Part shown: positions 24,307 to 31,696 of the stretch, one piece after another
Layout: each line of letters opens with the position of its first letter
Numbering within the stretch: position 1 is the first letter of the stretch
DNA from: Oscillospiraceae bacterium
Lineage (GTDB): Bacteria > Bacillota > Clostridia > Oscillospirales > Oscillospiraceae
DNA length: 34,253 bases
Reading direction: 5' to 3'
Assembly (NCBI GenBank): GCA_016286595.1
Contig: JAEETR010000194.1
Span: forward strand, 1 to 34,253
Position numbers and translations under genes: made by a program
The notes under the pieces: model-generated
The model's database searches: none
The model's input: the letters and a program-made list of their open reading frames with translations, nothing else
What the model was told of the DNA's origin: nothing

Positions 24307-24335
24307 AGTTTATTATCTTTCTCACCTTTTGTCAA
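24307..24335 (-). promoter_or_regulatory. candidate SigA promoter for glnA
   Basis: Minus strand has TTGACA (24330-24335), a 17-nt spacer and TAAACT (24307-24312). Confidence 0.5.
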
Positions 24336-24446
24336 ACTAATTTGAGGAGGCGGCGGACCGGGCCGTCCGCTGTGGCGTCTCCCTCCCCTCCGGCATAGTC
24401 TGTTACCGGCGGGGCAGACCCGCCAAATAAACCCGGAGGTCGAAAG

Positions 24447-25229
24447 ATGTCGGATTCTCTTGCCGTCGCCTGCGGCATAATCATACCGTTCATCGGCACG
24501 TCGCTGGGGGCGGCGCTGGTGTTTCTCCTGCGGGGGGAGATAAAAAGCTGGGTACAGACGGCCCTCAGCGGCTTTGCCGCCGGGGTCATGCTGGCGGCGG
24601 GGGTGTGGTCGCTGCTGCTGCCCGCCATAGACATGGCCTCCCGGACGGAGGCGGCGTCATGGCTGCCGCCGGCGGGCGGGTTCCTGCTGGGTACCGTGTT
24701 CCTGTCGGCTCTTGACAACATCATCCCCCATCTCCACGCCAACGGGGGCGTCCCCGGTCCCCGGCTCACGAGCCGCTCGGCCATGCTGGTGCTGGCCGTT
24801 ACGCTGCACAATCTGCCGGAGGGAATGGCGGTGGGCGTACTGCTCTCGGCCCTTCTGTCACGGGTGCCGGGGGTGACGGCGGCGTCGGTGCTGGCCGCCG
24901 CGGCGGGCATAGCGCTGCAGAACCTGCCGGAGGGGGCGGTGATATCCATGCCTCTGGCGGGCCAGGGCATGGGCCGGGGAAGGGCCTTCGCCATGGGCGT
25001 GGCCTCCGGCGCGGTGGAGCCGGCGGGGGCTGTGTTCACCCTGCTCCTCACCGCCGCCATGACTCCCCTTCTGCCCTGGATACTGTCCTTCGCCGCGGGA
25101 GCCATGTTCTACGTGGTGCTGGAGGAGCTGGCCCCGGAGTTCCACGAGGGAGGCATATCCGACGCGGGCACCCTCAGCGCAGCCGCGGGCTTTGCCGTGA
25201 TGATGGTGCTGGACGTGGCTCTGTCGTAA
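24447..25229 (+). CDS. ZIP family metal (zinc) transporter, ZupT-like
   Basis: Polytopic protein with the two diagnostic motifs HNLPEGMAVGV and LQNLPEGAVISMPL. GGAGG RBS is present. Confidence 0.88.
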   Translation: MSDSLAVACGIIIPFIGTSLGAALVFLLRGEIKSWVQTALSGFAAGVMLAAGVWSLLLPAIDMASRTEAASWLPPAGGFLLGTVFLSALDNIIPHLHANGGVPGPRLTSRSAMLVLAVTLHNLPEGMAVGVLLSALLSRVPGVTAASVLAAAAGIALQNLPEGAVISMPLAGQGMGRGRAFAMGVASGAVEPAGAVFTLLLTAAMTPLLPWILSFAAGAMFYVVLEELAPEFHEGGISDAGTLSAAAGFAVMMVLDVALS

Positions 25230-25247
25230 ACGAAAAAGGGAAAGACC

Positions 25248-25288
25248 GGAAGGAGGCGCTTCGTAAGGATGTGCCTCCTTCCCTTTGA
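25248..25288 (+). terminator. hairpin / weak terminator after the ZIP gene
   Basis: GGAAGGAGGC (25248-25257) / GCCTCCTTCC (25273-25282), followed by CTTTGAAAG. The U-tail is poor. Confidence 0.45.
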
Positions 25289-25343
25289 AAGCGGGGTAAT
25301 TGACCACGCCGGTCAGCATGGGATTTTGCCCCACACGATCCAA

Positions 25344-25390
25344 AAGACGAAATCGGCGTGACCGAAATGGTCACGCCGATTTTATATTCT
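25344..25390. terminator. bidirectional terminator
   Basis: Perfect 13-bp stem AATCGGCGTGACC (25351-25363) / GGTCACGCCGATT (25369-25381) with a GAAAT loop, flanked by A-rich and TTTATATT sequence. Confidence 0.75.
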
Positions 25391-25469
25391 TTCAAGCGGG
25401 CGATTACCGCCTCAGACAGCTTCCCTAAGAAGAGCCGTCGGGGCCTTTCCCTTTTTCGTTATCTTATTC

Positions 25470-27230
25470 TTACTCTATGATCTCGAAGGACTGGGCGATG
25501 CCTTTCATAACCTCGTAGGCGTTGTCATAGGACTCGTCGCTGCACACCATCACCATGGTATACATGCTCACGTCGGTGGTCCAGACCGCAGCGGTGCCGT
25601 TTACGGGGCCCTCATAATCCACCGCCCTGCCCTTGTAGCCGCCGATTGTCACTTCGTACTTTTCGTACACCACAAGACCGGGGTTGTCCTCCGCCACGCC
25701 GTCGTTCACCAGCTTGTCCAACACTCCGTCCATAGTCTCTGTATAGCACTCAAAGCCGAAGTAATTATAGGAAATGGATATCTTGGCGGAGCCGTCCGGC
25801 AAAACGATCGTATAGAGTGCCACGCCGTTATCCCCGTGATACGTATCGGTGACCCAGCTGTCGTCCACCAGGATGGCTGTGAAGTTCACCTCGTCGGCGG
25901 GGCTGGATATCTCGGTGCCGGACAGACTGGCCAGCGTCTTGCCGCCGATGAAGTCCTCCGCCGTCTGGAAGGTGTAGAGCATTCCGTCGAGCTCGTCGTA
26001 GGCGGCGTCGAACACCGCCTCCGAGCTGAGCACGGTGGCCAGGTACATATAGCTGCCGCTGTACCACGCCACGATGAATACAGGGATGTCGATGCCGTCG
26101 GAGCTGACGTAAAGTTCCAGGCCCACGGCGTCATAGCCGCTGAGCGTGCCCTCGACGGCGTCGTCAGCGGAATAGCCCTCGGCGCCGACGCTCTTGATGA
26201 AATCGTCGATAGTATTCCGCAGGTCGTCGTAATTCACGGCCTCGCCGAAGTCCTCGCCGGCTATCTGTATCTGGGCATAACCGTATTCGGCGGAGTTGTT
26301 CACGAGCTGATAGACGCCGTCGTCGTTGAGGTTGCAGTGCCAGTCGCCGCCGGGCAGCAGCACGTGGAAGTTCTGCTCGCCGAAGGGAGAGAATATCTCG
26401 TTGTCGTTGTAGAATGCCTTATCGTAACTGACGGCGGCGCCGCCCTCGTCGGGGGAGAAGAAACGCCAGAGGTTGTCGGGCGTTAACACCTCCATCAAAC
26501 CGTCTTCCATGTCGGGTACGGAGATAAAGCTGCCGAACAGGATGAAGTTGCGCCCCACGATGCCGTCGTAGCCCCAGAGGAGATCCTGCTCTTCCGAGTC
26601 GAGCAGAAGGAATCCCTTGCCGTTTTCCTCCAGCGTCAGGCGGGAGCCCATGTTGGTGGAGTAAGTGCCTGTCAGATCGTACTCGCCGGGGCCGGGACCC
26701 AGGTATACGTCGTCCCGGAGACCGGTGTACTTCATCTGGAAATCCTGCCCGTCGGCGGTGAAGGAGAGCCTTCTGCCGTCAAAGGTGAAATCGGTCTCTT
26801 CCTCCTCGAACTCGAACCACAGATAGTCGTCGGCCCACTCCAGGCCGTCGAAATACGTGGTGCCGCCGTAGGAGGAGCGGAACATGCCGTAGCCCGCCTC
26901 AAGGAGATACATCCAGTCGCCGTCCATGGTCTCATAATAACCCGCCTTCAGAGGGGAGGGCTCGGAGGCAGCGGCGGGCGTATCGTTGGCCGGGGCTGTG
27001 GCGGCGGGCGCATCCGTCCCGGCGTCGCCGGAGGGGACCGCCGGCTCGTCGGGCTTGTCCGGCTCTTTTTCGGGCTCCTTTTCCGGTTCCTTTATCTCCG
27101 GAGTCTTCAGTTCCGTGCCGGAGAACGTCTCCCCGTCCCCGGTGTCGGCGGCGGGCTCAGCCTTTTTGCCGCAGGCGGCAAGGGAGAACACCATGGCCGC
27201 GATAAGAAGTATCGCTATGATCTTTTTCAT
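25470..27230 (-). CDS. large hypothetical lipoprotein
   Basis: MKKIIAILLIAAMVFSLAAC carries a lipobox. ATG 27230 is preferred over track GTG 27239. An EPEKEPEKEPDKPDEP / Ala-Pro-rich linker is followed by about 480 aa of acidic, aromatic-rich sequence of unrecognised family. Confidence 0.7.
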   Translation of the reverse strand: MKKIIAILLIAAMVFSLAACGKKAEPAADTGDGETFSGTELKTPEIKEPEKEPEKEPDKPDEPAVPSGDAGTDAPAATAPANDTPAAASEPSPLKAGYYETMDGDWMYLLEAGYGMFRSSYGGTTYFDGLEWADDYLWFEFEEEETDFTFDGRRLSFTADGQDFQMKYTGLRDDVYLGPGPGEYDLTGTYSTNMGSRLTLEENGKGFLLLDSEEQDLLWGYDGIVGRNFILFGSFISVPDMEDGLMEVLTPDNLWRFFSPDEGGAAVSYDKAFYNDNEIFSPFGEQNFHVLLPGGDWHCNLNDDGVYQLVNNSAEYGYAQIQIAGEDFGEAVNYDDLRNTIDDFIKSVGAEGYSADDAVEGTLSGYDAVGLELYVSSDGIDIPVFIVAWYSGSYMYLATVLSSEAVFDAAYDELDGMLYTFQTAEDFIGGKTLASLSGTEISSPADEVNFTAILVDDSWVTDTYHGDNGVALYTIVLPDGSAKISISYNYFGFECYTETMDGVLDKLVNDGVAEDNPGLVVYEKYEVTIGGYKGRAVDYEGPVNGTAAVWTTDVSMYTMVMVCSDESYDNAYEVMKGIAQSFEIIE

Positions 27231-27310
27231 AAGATTCACCAGCTCTCGTTTCGATTTGGAGCGCTTTTACCATATAATATTATATTTCGCCGCAGCGTGT
27301 CAACATTTAT

Positions 27311-27346
27311 CAAAAAACGGGAAAGACCGCGTCTTTCCCGTTTTTG
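27311..27346. terminator. bidirectional terminator
   Basis: CGGGAAAGAC (27318-27327) / GTCTTTCCCG (27331-27340), flanked by AAAAAA and TTTTTG. Confidence 0.85.
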
Positions 27347-27358
27347 TCCTGATGATCG

Positions 27359-28759
27359 TTACTGCGCTTCTTCCTCCTCCGGCTCCTTTTTGACGGAGTC
27401 CAGCAGGTGCCGCCTCGTCCAGCGCCCGGAGTAGAAGTACCAGATGTTGATGCAGAAGGGGGCGAACCGGGCCAGGGCGTTGCCGTAGAAGAAGCCGATG
27501 ACGCCCATGTCAAACACGTAGGCCAGCGTAAGGCTTATGCCGATGCGCAGCACCACGCTGTCAAGCACGCCGGAGAAGAAGTTGAGCATGGCGTTGCCGG
27601 AGCCGGTGACCACCGCCTGGAAGGGACCCATCACGGCGCTGAGGACGAAGGCGATGATGTTGATGCGCATATACCTTACGCCCAGGGCCACCACGTCGGG
27701 CTCGTTGTTGAAAAGGCCGAATATCTTGTCGGGGATGAAGATGGCCATGAGGATGTTCACCACCATCATACCCATCGTCACCTTCAGGGCGGAATAGACG
27801 GCCTGCTTGGCTCTTTCCACGTTCCTCGCGCCCAGGTTCTGTCCCACCATGACGGCGGCGGAGGAGTCGATGGACATGATTATGATGTTGAGGAAGCGCT
27901 GGATCTTGTTGCCCACGGAGTTGACGGCGCTCTCCACCAGTCCGTAGCGGTTCACCAGGGAGCTGCAGTACATCTGGGACAGGTTGATGAAGGTCATCAT
28001 TATGGCTCTGGGGACGCCCAGACGCAGGAGCATTTTCAGCGCTTCCCTGTTTATCTTATACGATTTGAGCTTGAAATCGAAGTCGAAATGCTCTTTGTTG
28101 CGGTACATGAAGACGTAGGCCGCGCCGAAGGAGATCATCTGGGCGGCTATGGTGGCGATGGCGGTGCCGGCGGCCTCGAGCTTGAATACCACCACCAGCA
28201 GAAGGTCCATGAATATGTTGGACACGGCGGCTATCAGCACGAAGATGAAGGGCCGCTTCGACTCGCCCATTCCGCGAAGGCAGGCGCAGATGGCGTTGTA
28301 GCCGTAGATGAAGGGCAGGCCGAGGGCGGTGATTATCATGTAGCTCTCCGCCTGACCGAAGGCTGCCTCGGGACAGTGCAGCCAGCCCAGAATGGTGGTG
28401 CAGCCGGCTATGCTCACGGCGGCGAACACCAGGGACGCGCCCATCATCACGGTGATGAGGGTGCCCATGGCGGTGGTTATCTTCTTATATTCCCTGGCGC
28501 CGGAAAGCTGGGATATGTATATCTCGCCCGCCGCCGCGAAGCCCACGGCGAAGTTGGTGAGCATGTTCACCACGTCGCCGCCGGTGGACACGCCCACGGT
28601 ACCCACGCTGCCCACGAACCGGCCTATGATGATGAGGTCCACCGTATTGTAAAGCTGCTGGACGAGATTTGCCAGCATTATGGGGAAGGCGAACTTAATA
28701 AGGGTCTTGAAAATGCTGCCCTGCGTAAGATCACTGCCGATCCTGGACGACGCCGCCAT
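27359..28759 (-). CDS. MATE family efflux transporter
   Basis: N-terminus DLTQGSIFKTLIKFAFPIMLANLVQQLYNTVDLIIIGRFVG is typical of the NorM/DinF-like MATE family. There are 12 predicted TM segments and a GGAGAGGAG RBS. Confidence 0.9.
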   Translation of the reverse strand: MAASSRIGSDLTQGSIFKTLIKFAFPIMLANLVQQLYNTVDLIIIGRFVGSVGTVGVSTGGDVVNMLTNFAVGFAAAGEIYISQLSGAREYKKITTAMGTLITVMMGASLVFAAVSIAGCTTILGWLHCPEAAFGQAESYMIITALGLPFIYGYNAICACLRGMGESKRPFIFVLIAAVSNIFMDLLLVVVFKLEAAGTAIATIAAQMISFGAAYVFMYRNKEHFDFDFKLKSYKINREALKMLLRLGVPRAIMMTFINLSQMYCSSLVNRYGLVESAVNSVGNKIQRFLNIIIMSIDSSAAVMVGQNLGARNVERAKQAVYSALKVTMGMMVVNILMAIFIPDKIFGLFNNEPDVVALGVRYMRINIIAFVLSAVMGPFQAVVTGSGNAMLNFFSGVLDSVVLRIGISLTLAYVFDMGVIGFFYGNALARFAPFCINIWYFYSGRWTRRHLLDSVKKEPEEEEAQ

Positions 28760-28790
28760 CGTATCTCTCCTCTCCGGATTAAACTTTAAT

Positions 28791-28827
28791 ACGCCGCCCC
28801 GATCGCTTACGGCGTCCGGGGCGGCGT
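28791..28827 (-). terminator. GC hairpin downstream of abrB (probable terminator)
   Basis: ACGCCGCCCCG (28791-28801) / CGGGGCGGCGT (28817-28827). The minus-strand tail ATTAAAGTTTAA is only moderately U-rich. Confidence 0.5.
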
Positions 28828-28849
28828 CAGTGACAAGCTGATGCTTTTA

Positions 28850-29092
28850 TTATATCTCTTTGAGCTCCTCAAGGCAATAAGAGCAGATGTTTTTCCCGTG
28901 GAAATCCACGACGTTGGTGCCGCGGCCGCAGAAGGTGCAGCTGGGCTCGTACTTTCTGAGGATGACCGCGTCCTCGTCCACGTATATCTCCAGCGGGTCC
29001 TTTTCGGCTATGTCCAGCGTTCTGCGCAGCTCGATGGGAAGCACTATTCTCCCCAGTTCGTCAACCTTTCTGACTATTCCCGTCGATTTCAT
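28850..29092 (-). CDS. abrB: AbrB-family transition-state regulator with C-terminal CxxC...CxxC tail
   Basis: Internal ATG 29092 has a GGAGG RBS. MKSTGIVRKVDELGRIVLPIELRRTLDIAEKDPLEIYVDEDAVILRKYEP is nearly identical in pattern to the B. subtilis AbrB N-domain. The C-terminus is SCTFCG...NICSYC. Confidence 0.88.
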   Translation of the reverse strand: MKSTGIVRKVDELGRIVLPIELRRTLDIAEKDPLEIYVDEDAVILRKYEPSCTFCGRGTNVVDFHGKNICSYCLEELKEI

Positions 29093-29135
29093 GGAAACCT
29101 CCCCGTCCTGAAGACGATCTTCTTTGTTGTCGTAT

Positions 29136-29163
29136 ATTGTATCAAAACAGGACAGGCTGTCAA
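29136..29163 (-). promoter_or_regulatory. SigA-type promoter (extended -10) of abrB
   Basis: Minus strand has TTGACA (29158-29163), a 16-nt spacer ending in TGA, and TACAAT (29136-29141). Confidence 0.65.
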
Positions 29164-29275
29164 TGTGAAAAATATACAATACTCAGGCGATTATACAGTG
29201 ATTAAAGTTGCAAAGTACCATAATATTCGCAAGCAAAAGTTATGTAAATTCTGTCGTTTTCCCGCTTTTAACGCC

Positions 29276-29318
29276 AAAAAAGCGCTCCCGGGTTGACTTT
29301 TTCCCGGAAGCGCTTTTT
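29276..29318. terminator. terminator after the polytopic membrane protein gene
   Basis: AGCGCT-CCGGG (29281-29292) / CCCGG-AGCGCT (29303-29314), flanked by AAAAA and TTTTT. Confidence 0.7.
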
Positions 29319-29327
29319 GTTGTTGAT

Positions 29328-30890
29328 TTAACCAGTTTTCATGGCCCCGGCGGCCTCGTCCAGGGCGATATTGAAGGCGCGGAGATCACGCTCCGCCGTC
29401 CGTGATTCGATCTCCCGCATGACGCCGCTTTCCCAGTAGTTCTTCTGATCGAACCAGCCCAGCCTCGCCGCGGGTCCCACGCCGTCCAGCTCCGGGCGGT
29501 AGAGCGACGCCGCCTTCTCACCGAAGCGATAATTGTTGTACAGCACGGATAATCTGTCGGGCCGGGAGTACGCCAGGATAAGCCAGGACGCCAGCCCCAC
29601 CGCCACGAAGAACCGCAGCAGAGGGAAGCCCGGCCGGTAGATGAAGACCAGGATCGCCCCCATCAGTATGGCCAGCACCGCCAGGAACCACCAAACCAGG
29701 ATTCGCAGGAAGGTCAGACCGTAGGTCTGCACGTAGAGCGTCATGCGCAGGGCGGAGGAGAGCATCATTATATAGGTGCAGGCGCAAATGGCCGTGAGTA
29801 TGATCTGCAGCGCCCTGCCCCGTCCGAACCGGCGGGTGCAGCGCAGCACGATCAGGCCGTTGAGCGCGGACACGAACAGCAGCTGGAAGAAGCCCTCTCT
29901 CGCGTACTGCGCGTAGGAGGTGCCCCCGGGCAGCTTCATGTCCCCCATGATGAGGCCCGCGAACAGATAGCGTATCTGAATGAAGCAGAACACGGCGTAT
30001 ATCACCAGCAGCACCGCCGTGAACGTCACGGCGACAACGCTCTCCCACTGTCTGAGCTCCCTGGTGTCGGACGGTACTGGCCGGTCCGTCTGCCGGGAGA
30101 TAAGGGCGTAGAAGAATATCGTAATCACGGCGAACCAGACTATGCCCTCGATGATCACGCTCACCGCGTGGGATACGCTGACGTTCAGGTCAAATATCCT
30201 GCCCAGCACGTCGGCGAAGACGCTGTCGGCCAGAGCCAGCAGCCAGGATACGAAGATCGCCAGCGGCAGAGCGATCGCCAGCCCCATCAGCACGTAACCG
30301 GCCTTGCCGTCGGGTTTTTTCGCTTTCTTTCCCGCCAGCACCCGCCACAGGTACGTCACCGGCTCCCCGACCTTGACGAGGGCGCCGAAGAAAAGGGACA
30401 TACCCGCTCCGAAGAGCTTTCCGAAGTACCAGCCCCGCATGTCGCCGAAAGCGGACAGCAGCAGTATCGCCAGCAGCACGACTATCCCCGCGCCGCTGAC
30501 CAGCTGGACGAACCCGTTCATGGTGAAGGGTATCACCCCCGCCAGCAGCGCCATTCCGGCGCAGCAGAAAACGCCGTCCCCCGCTGGCCACGCGCCAAGA
30601 CCCTTCAGTATATACGCGGTGCAGGCGATCAGCACCGCCGTGAATATCAGGGCGTTGACCCCGTTCCACGCGGTGTCTGTGAACGTCAGCGCGAAGGTCA
30701 GCCCTACTATGGCCGCGGCGCCCAGATACCGCGTAAAGCCCTCCCGCAGCTTTGCGTGGAGCGGCCCCTCGGGGGCGGGCTGCGGCGCCGTGGCCGTCTG
30801 ATAAGTCTGAGACGCCGTCCCCTCCGTCACAGGCTGGACGGGAACGCTCTCCGGCTCCGGGGCGCCGGTCATATCATATTGTTCACTCAT
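29328..30890 (-). CDS. polytopic membrane protein (DUF4153/DUF4173-like), third gene of the DUF2975-HTH cassette
   Basis: ATG 30890 overlaps the HTH stop (ATGAGTGA). It has an acidic/Pro-rich N-terminus and then more than 10 TM helices. The family name is from memory of typical neighbours of DUF2975/YozG pairs and is not verified. Confidence 0.6.
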   Translation of the reverse strand: MSEQYDMTGAPEPESVPVQPVTEGTASQTYQTATAPQPAPEGPLHAKLREGFTRYLGAAAIVGLTFALTFTDTAWNGVNALIFTAVLIACTAYILKGLGAWPAGDGVFCCAGMALLAGVIPFTMNGFVQLVSGAGIVVLLAILLLSAFGDMRGWYFGKLFGAGMSLFFGALVKVGEPVTYLWRVLAGKKAKKPDGKAGYVLMGLAIALPLAIFVSWLLALADSVFADVLGRIFDLNVSVSHAVSVIIEGIVWFAVITIFFYALISRQTDRPVPSDTRELRQWESVVAVTFTAVLLVIYAVFCFIQIRYLFAGLIMGDMKLPGGTSYAQYAREGFFQLLFVSALNGLIVLRCTRRFGRGRALQIILTAICACTYIMMLSSALRMTLYVQTYGLTFLRILVWWFLAVLAILMGAILVFIYRPGFPLLRFFVAVGLASWLILAYSRPDRLSVLYNNYRFGEKAASLYRPELDGVGPAARLGWFDQKNYWESGVMREIESRTAERDLRAFNIALDEAAGAMKTG

Positions 30891-31104
30891 CTTCGTTCTC
30901 CCCTCCCGGAATGTACTCCAGGATATCCCCGGGCTGACAGTCAAGGGCTTTGCACAGCGCGTCCAGCGTGGAGAACCGGACGGCCCGGGCCTTGTTGTTT
31001 TTGAGTATGGACAGGTTCGCCATGGTCAGGTCCACCTTTTTGGCCAGTTCCCCCGTGCCGATCTTCCGCTTTGCCATGACGACGTCAAGATTCACCACTA
31101 TCAT
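30883..31104 (-). CDS. small XRE/Cro-type helix-turn-helix regulator (YozG-like)
   Basis: LDVVMAKRKIGTGELAKKVDLTMANLSILKNNKARAVRFSTLDALCKALDCQPGDILEY is the YozG-type HTH pattern. GAGGTG RBS is present. Confidence 0.85.
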   Translation of the reverse strand: MIVVNLDVVMAKRKIGTGELAKKVDLTMANLSILKNNKARAVRFSTLDALCKALDCQPGDILEYIPGGENEDE

Positions 31105-31113
31105 ATCGTCACC

Positions 31114-31569
31114 TCATATCGTAAAGTCGCTGTCCTCCTTGTAACTGACGGCCTGGTCAAAGACCCCCGCCAGCACGAAGGAGAAAAGTCCGGCTATGAA
31201 GAACACCGCCACGATTATGAGCGTTGCCGGAGTAATCAGCACCGCCACGCGTACCGCCGTCACCGCGGCTATGCCCATGGACACCCAGCCCATGCGCCGC
31301 AGACTCGTCACGTTCTCCCGCACGAAGCAACTGCCCGCCAGCACGGTGCGGAACATGCGCCGCAGCTCGAAGACTATAACTATCGCCCCCGCGCCGGATA
31401 TGAGCAGGAGGATGACGTGCAGCAGGTAATAGTCCCGCAGGTGGGGATAAAATCGTCCCCCTATCTTGATGAGCCACGGCAGGGCCGCCTCGCAGGCTAT
31501 GCCCAGCCAGAACATCGCGTCCAGCAGATATTTTGTGAATAAGGTCAGTCTGTTTTTCATCCTATCCAC
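31114..31569 (-). CDS. DUF2975 family membrane protein
   Basis: Four TM segments and the motif FVRENVTSLRRMGWVSMGIA are typical of DUF2975. It has the usual position directly upstream of a YozG-like HTH gene. GGAGGGTGG RBS is present. Confidence 0.75.
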   Translation of the reverse strand: MDRMKNRLTLFTKYLLDAMFWLGIACEAALPWLIKIGGRFYPHLRDYYLLHVILLLISGAGAIVIVFELRRMFRTVLAGSCFVRENVTSLRRMGWVSMGIAAVTAVRVAVLITPATLIIVAVFFIAGLFSFVLAGVFDQAVSYKEDSDFTI

Positions 31570-31584
31570 CTCCCTGTGACAGGC

Positions 31585-31613
31585 AGGATATCACCTTCCC
31601 CGCCGCTTGTCAA
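31585..31613 (-). promoter_or_regulatory. candidate promoter of the DUF2975 cassette
   Basis: Minus strand has TTGACA (31608-31613), a 17-nt spacer and TATCCT (31585-31590). The -10 is weak. Confidence 0.4.
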
Positions 31614-31647
31614 TATATTTTTTCTGTTATTCGATAATATTATATCG

Positions 31648-31679
31648 AAAAACCGACGCACCCGATGGGTGCGCCGGTC
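31648..31679 (-). terminator. intrinsic terminator after the aldo/keto reductase pair
   Basis: CCGACGCACCC (31653-31663) / GGGTGCGCCGG (31667-31677) with one mismatch. The minus strand is followed by TTTTTCG. Confidence 0.75.
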
Positions 31680-31696
31680 GTTGACTCCATGCTCCG

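Larger units (their letters stand above)
25229..25460. repeat. 232-bp intergenic unit bounded by a perfect 16-bp inverted repeat
   Basis: AACGAAAAAGGGAAAG (25229-25244) is the exact reverse complement of CTTTCCCTTTTTCGTT (25445-25460). The unit contains two strong hairpins (25248-25282 and 25351-25381) and no credible ORF. Confidence 0.7.

Noticed and set aside
24300-24345. GlnR/TnrA box (TGTNA-N7-TNACA) at the glnA promoter
   Set aside because: Only the right half-site (TGACA, which is the -35 itself) is present. The left half reads CTCAA.
25174-25395. 73-aa minus-strand ORF in the ZIP/lipoprotein intergenic region
   Set aside because: It overlaps the ZIP gene 3' end and both terminator hairpins. 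It has no RBS and a low-complexity Ser/Arg/Pro translation. The region is better explained as the inverted-repeat-bounded non-coding unit.
27040-27090. Short tandem DNA repeats, considered as a possible CRISPR or VNTR
   Set aside because: They lie inside the lipoprotein ORF and encode the EPEKEPEKEPDKPDEP linker. They are too short and irregular for a CRISPR array, and no cas genes occur in the window.
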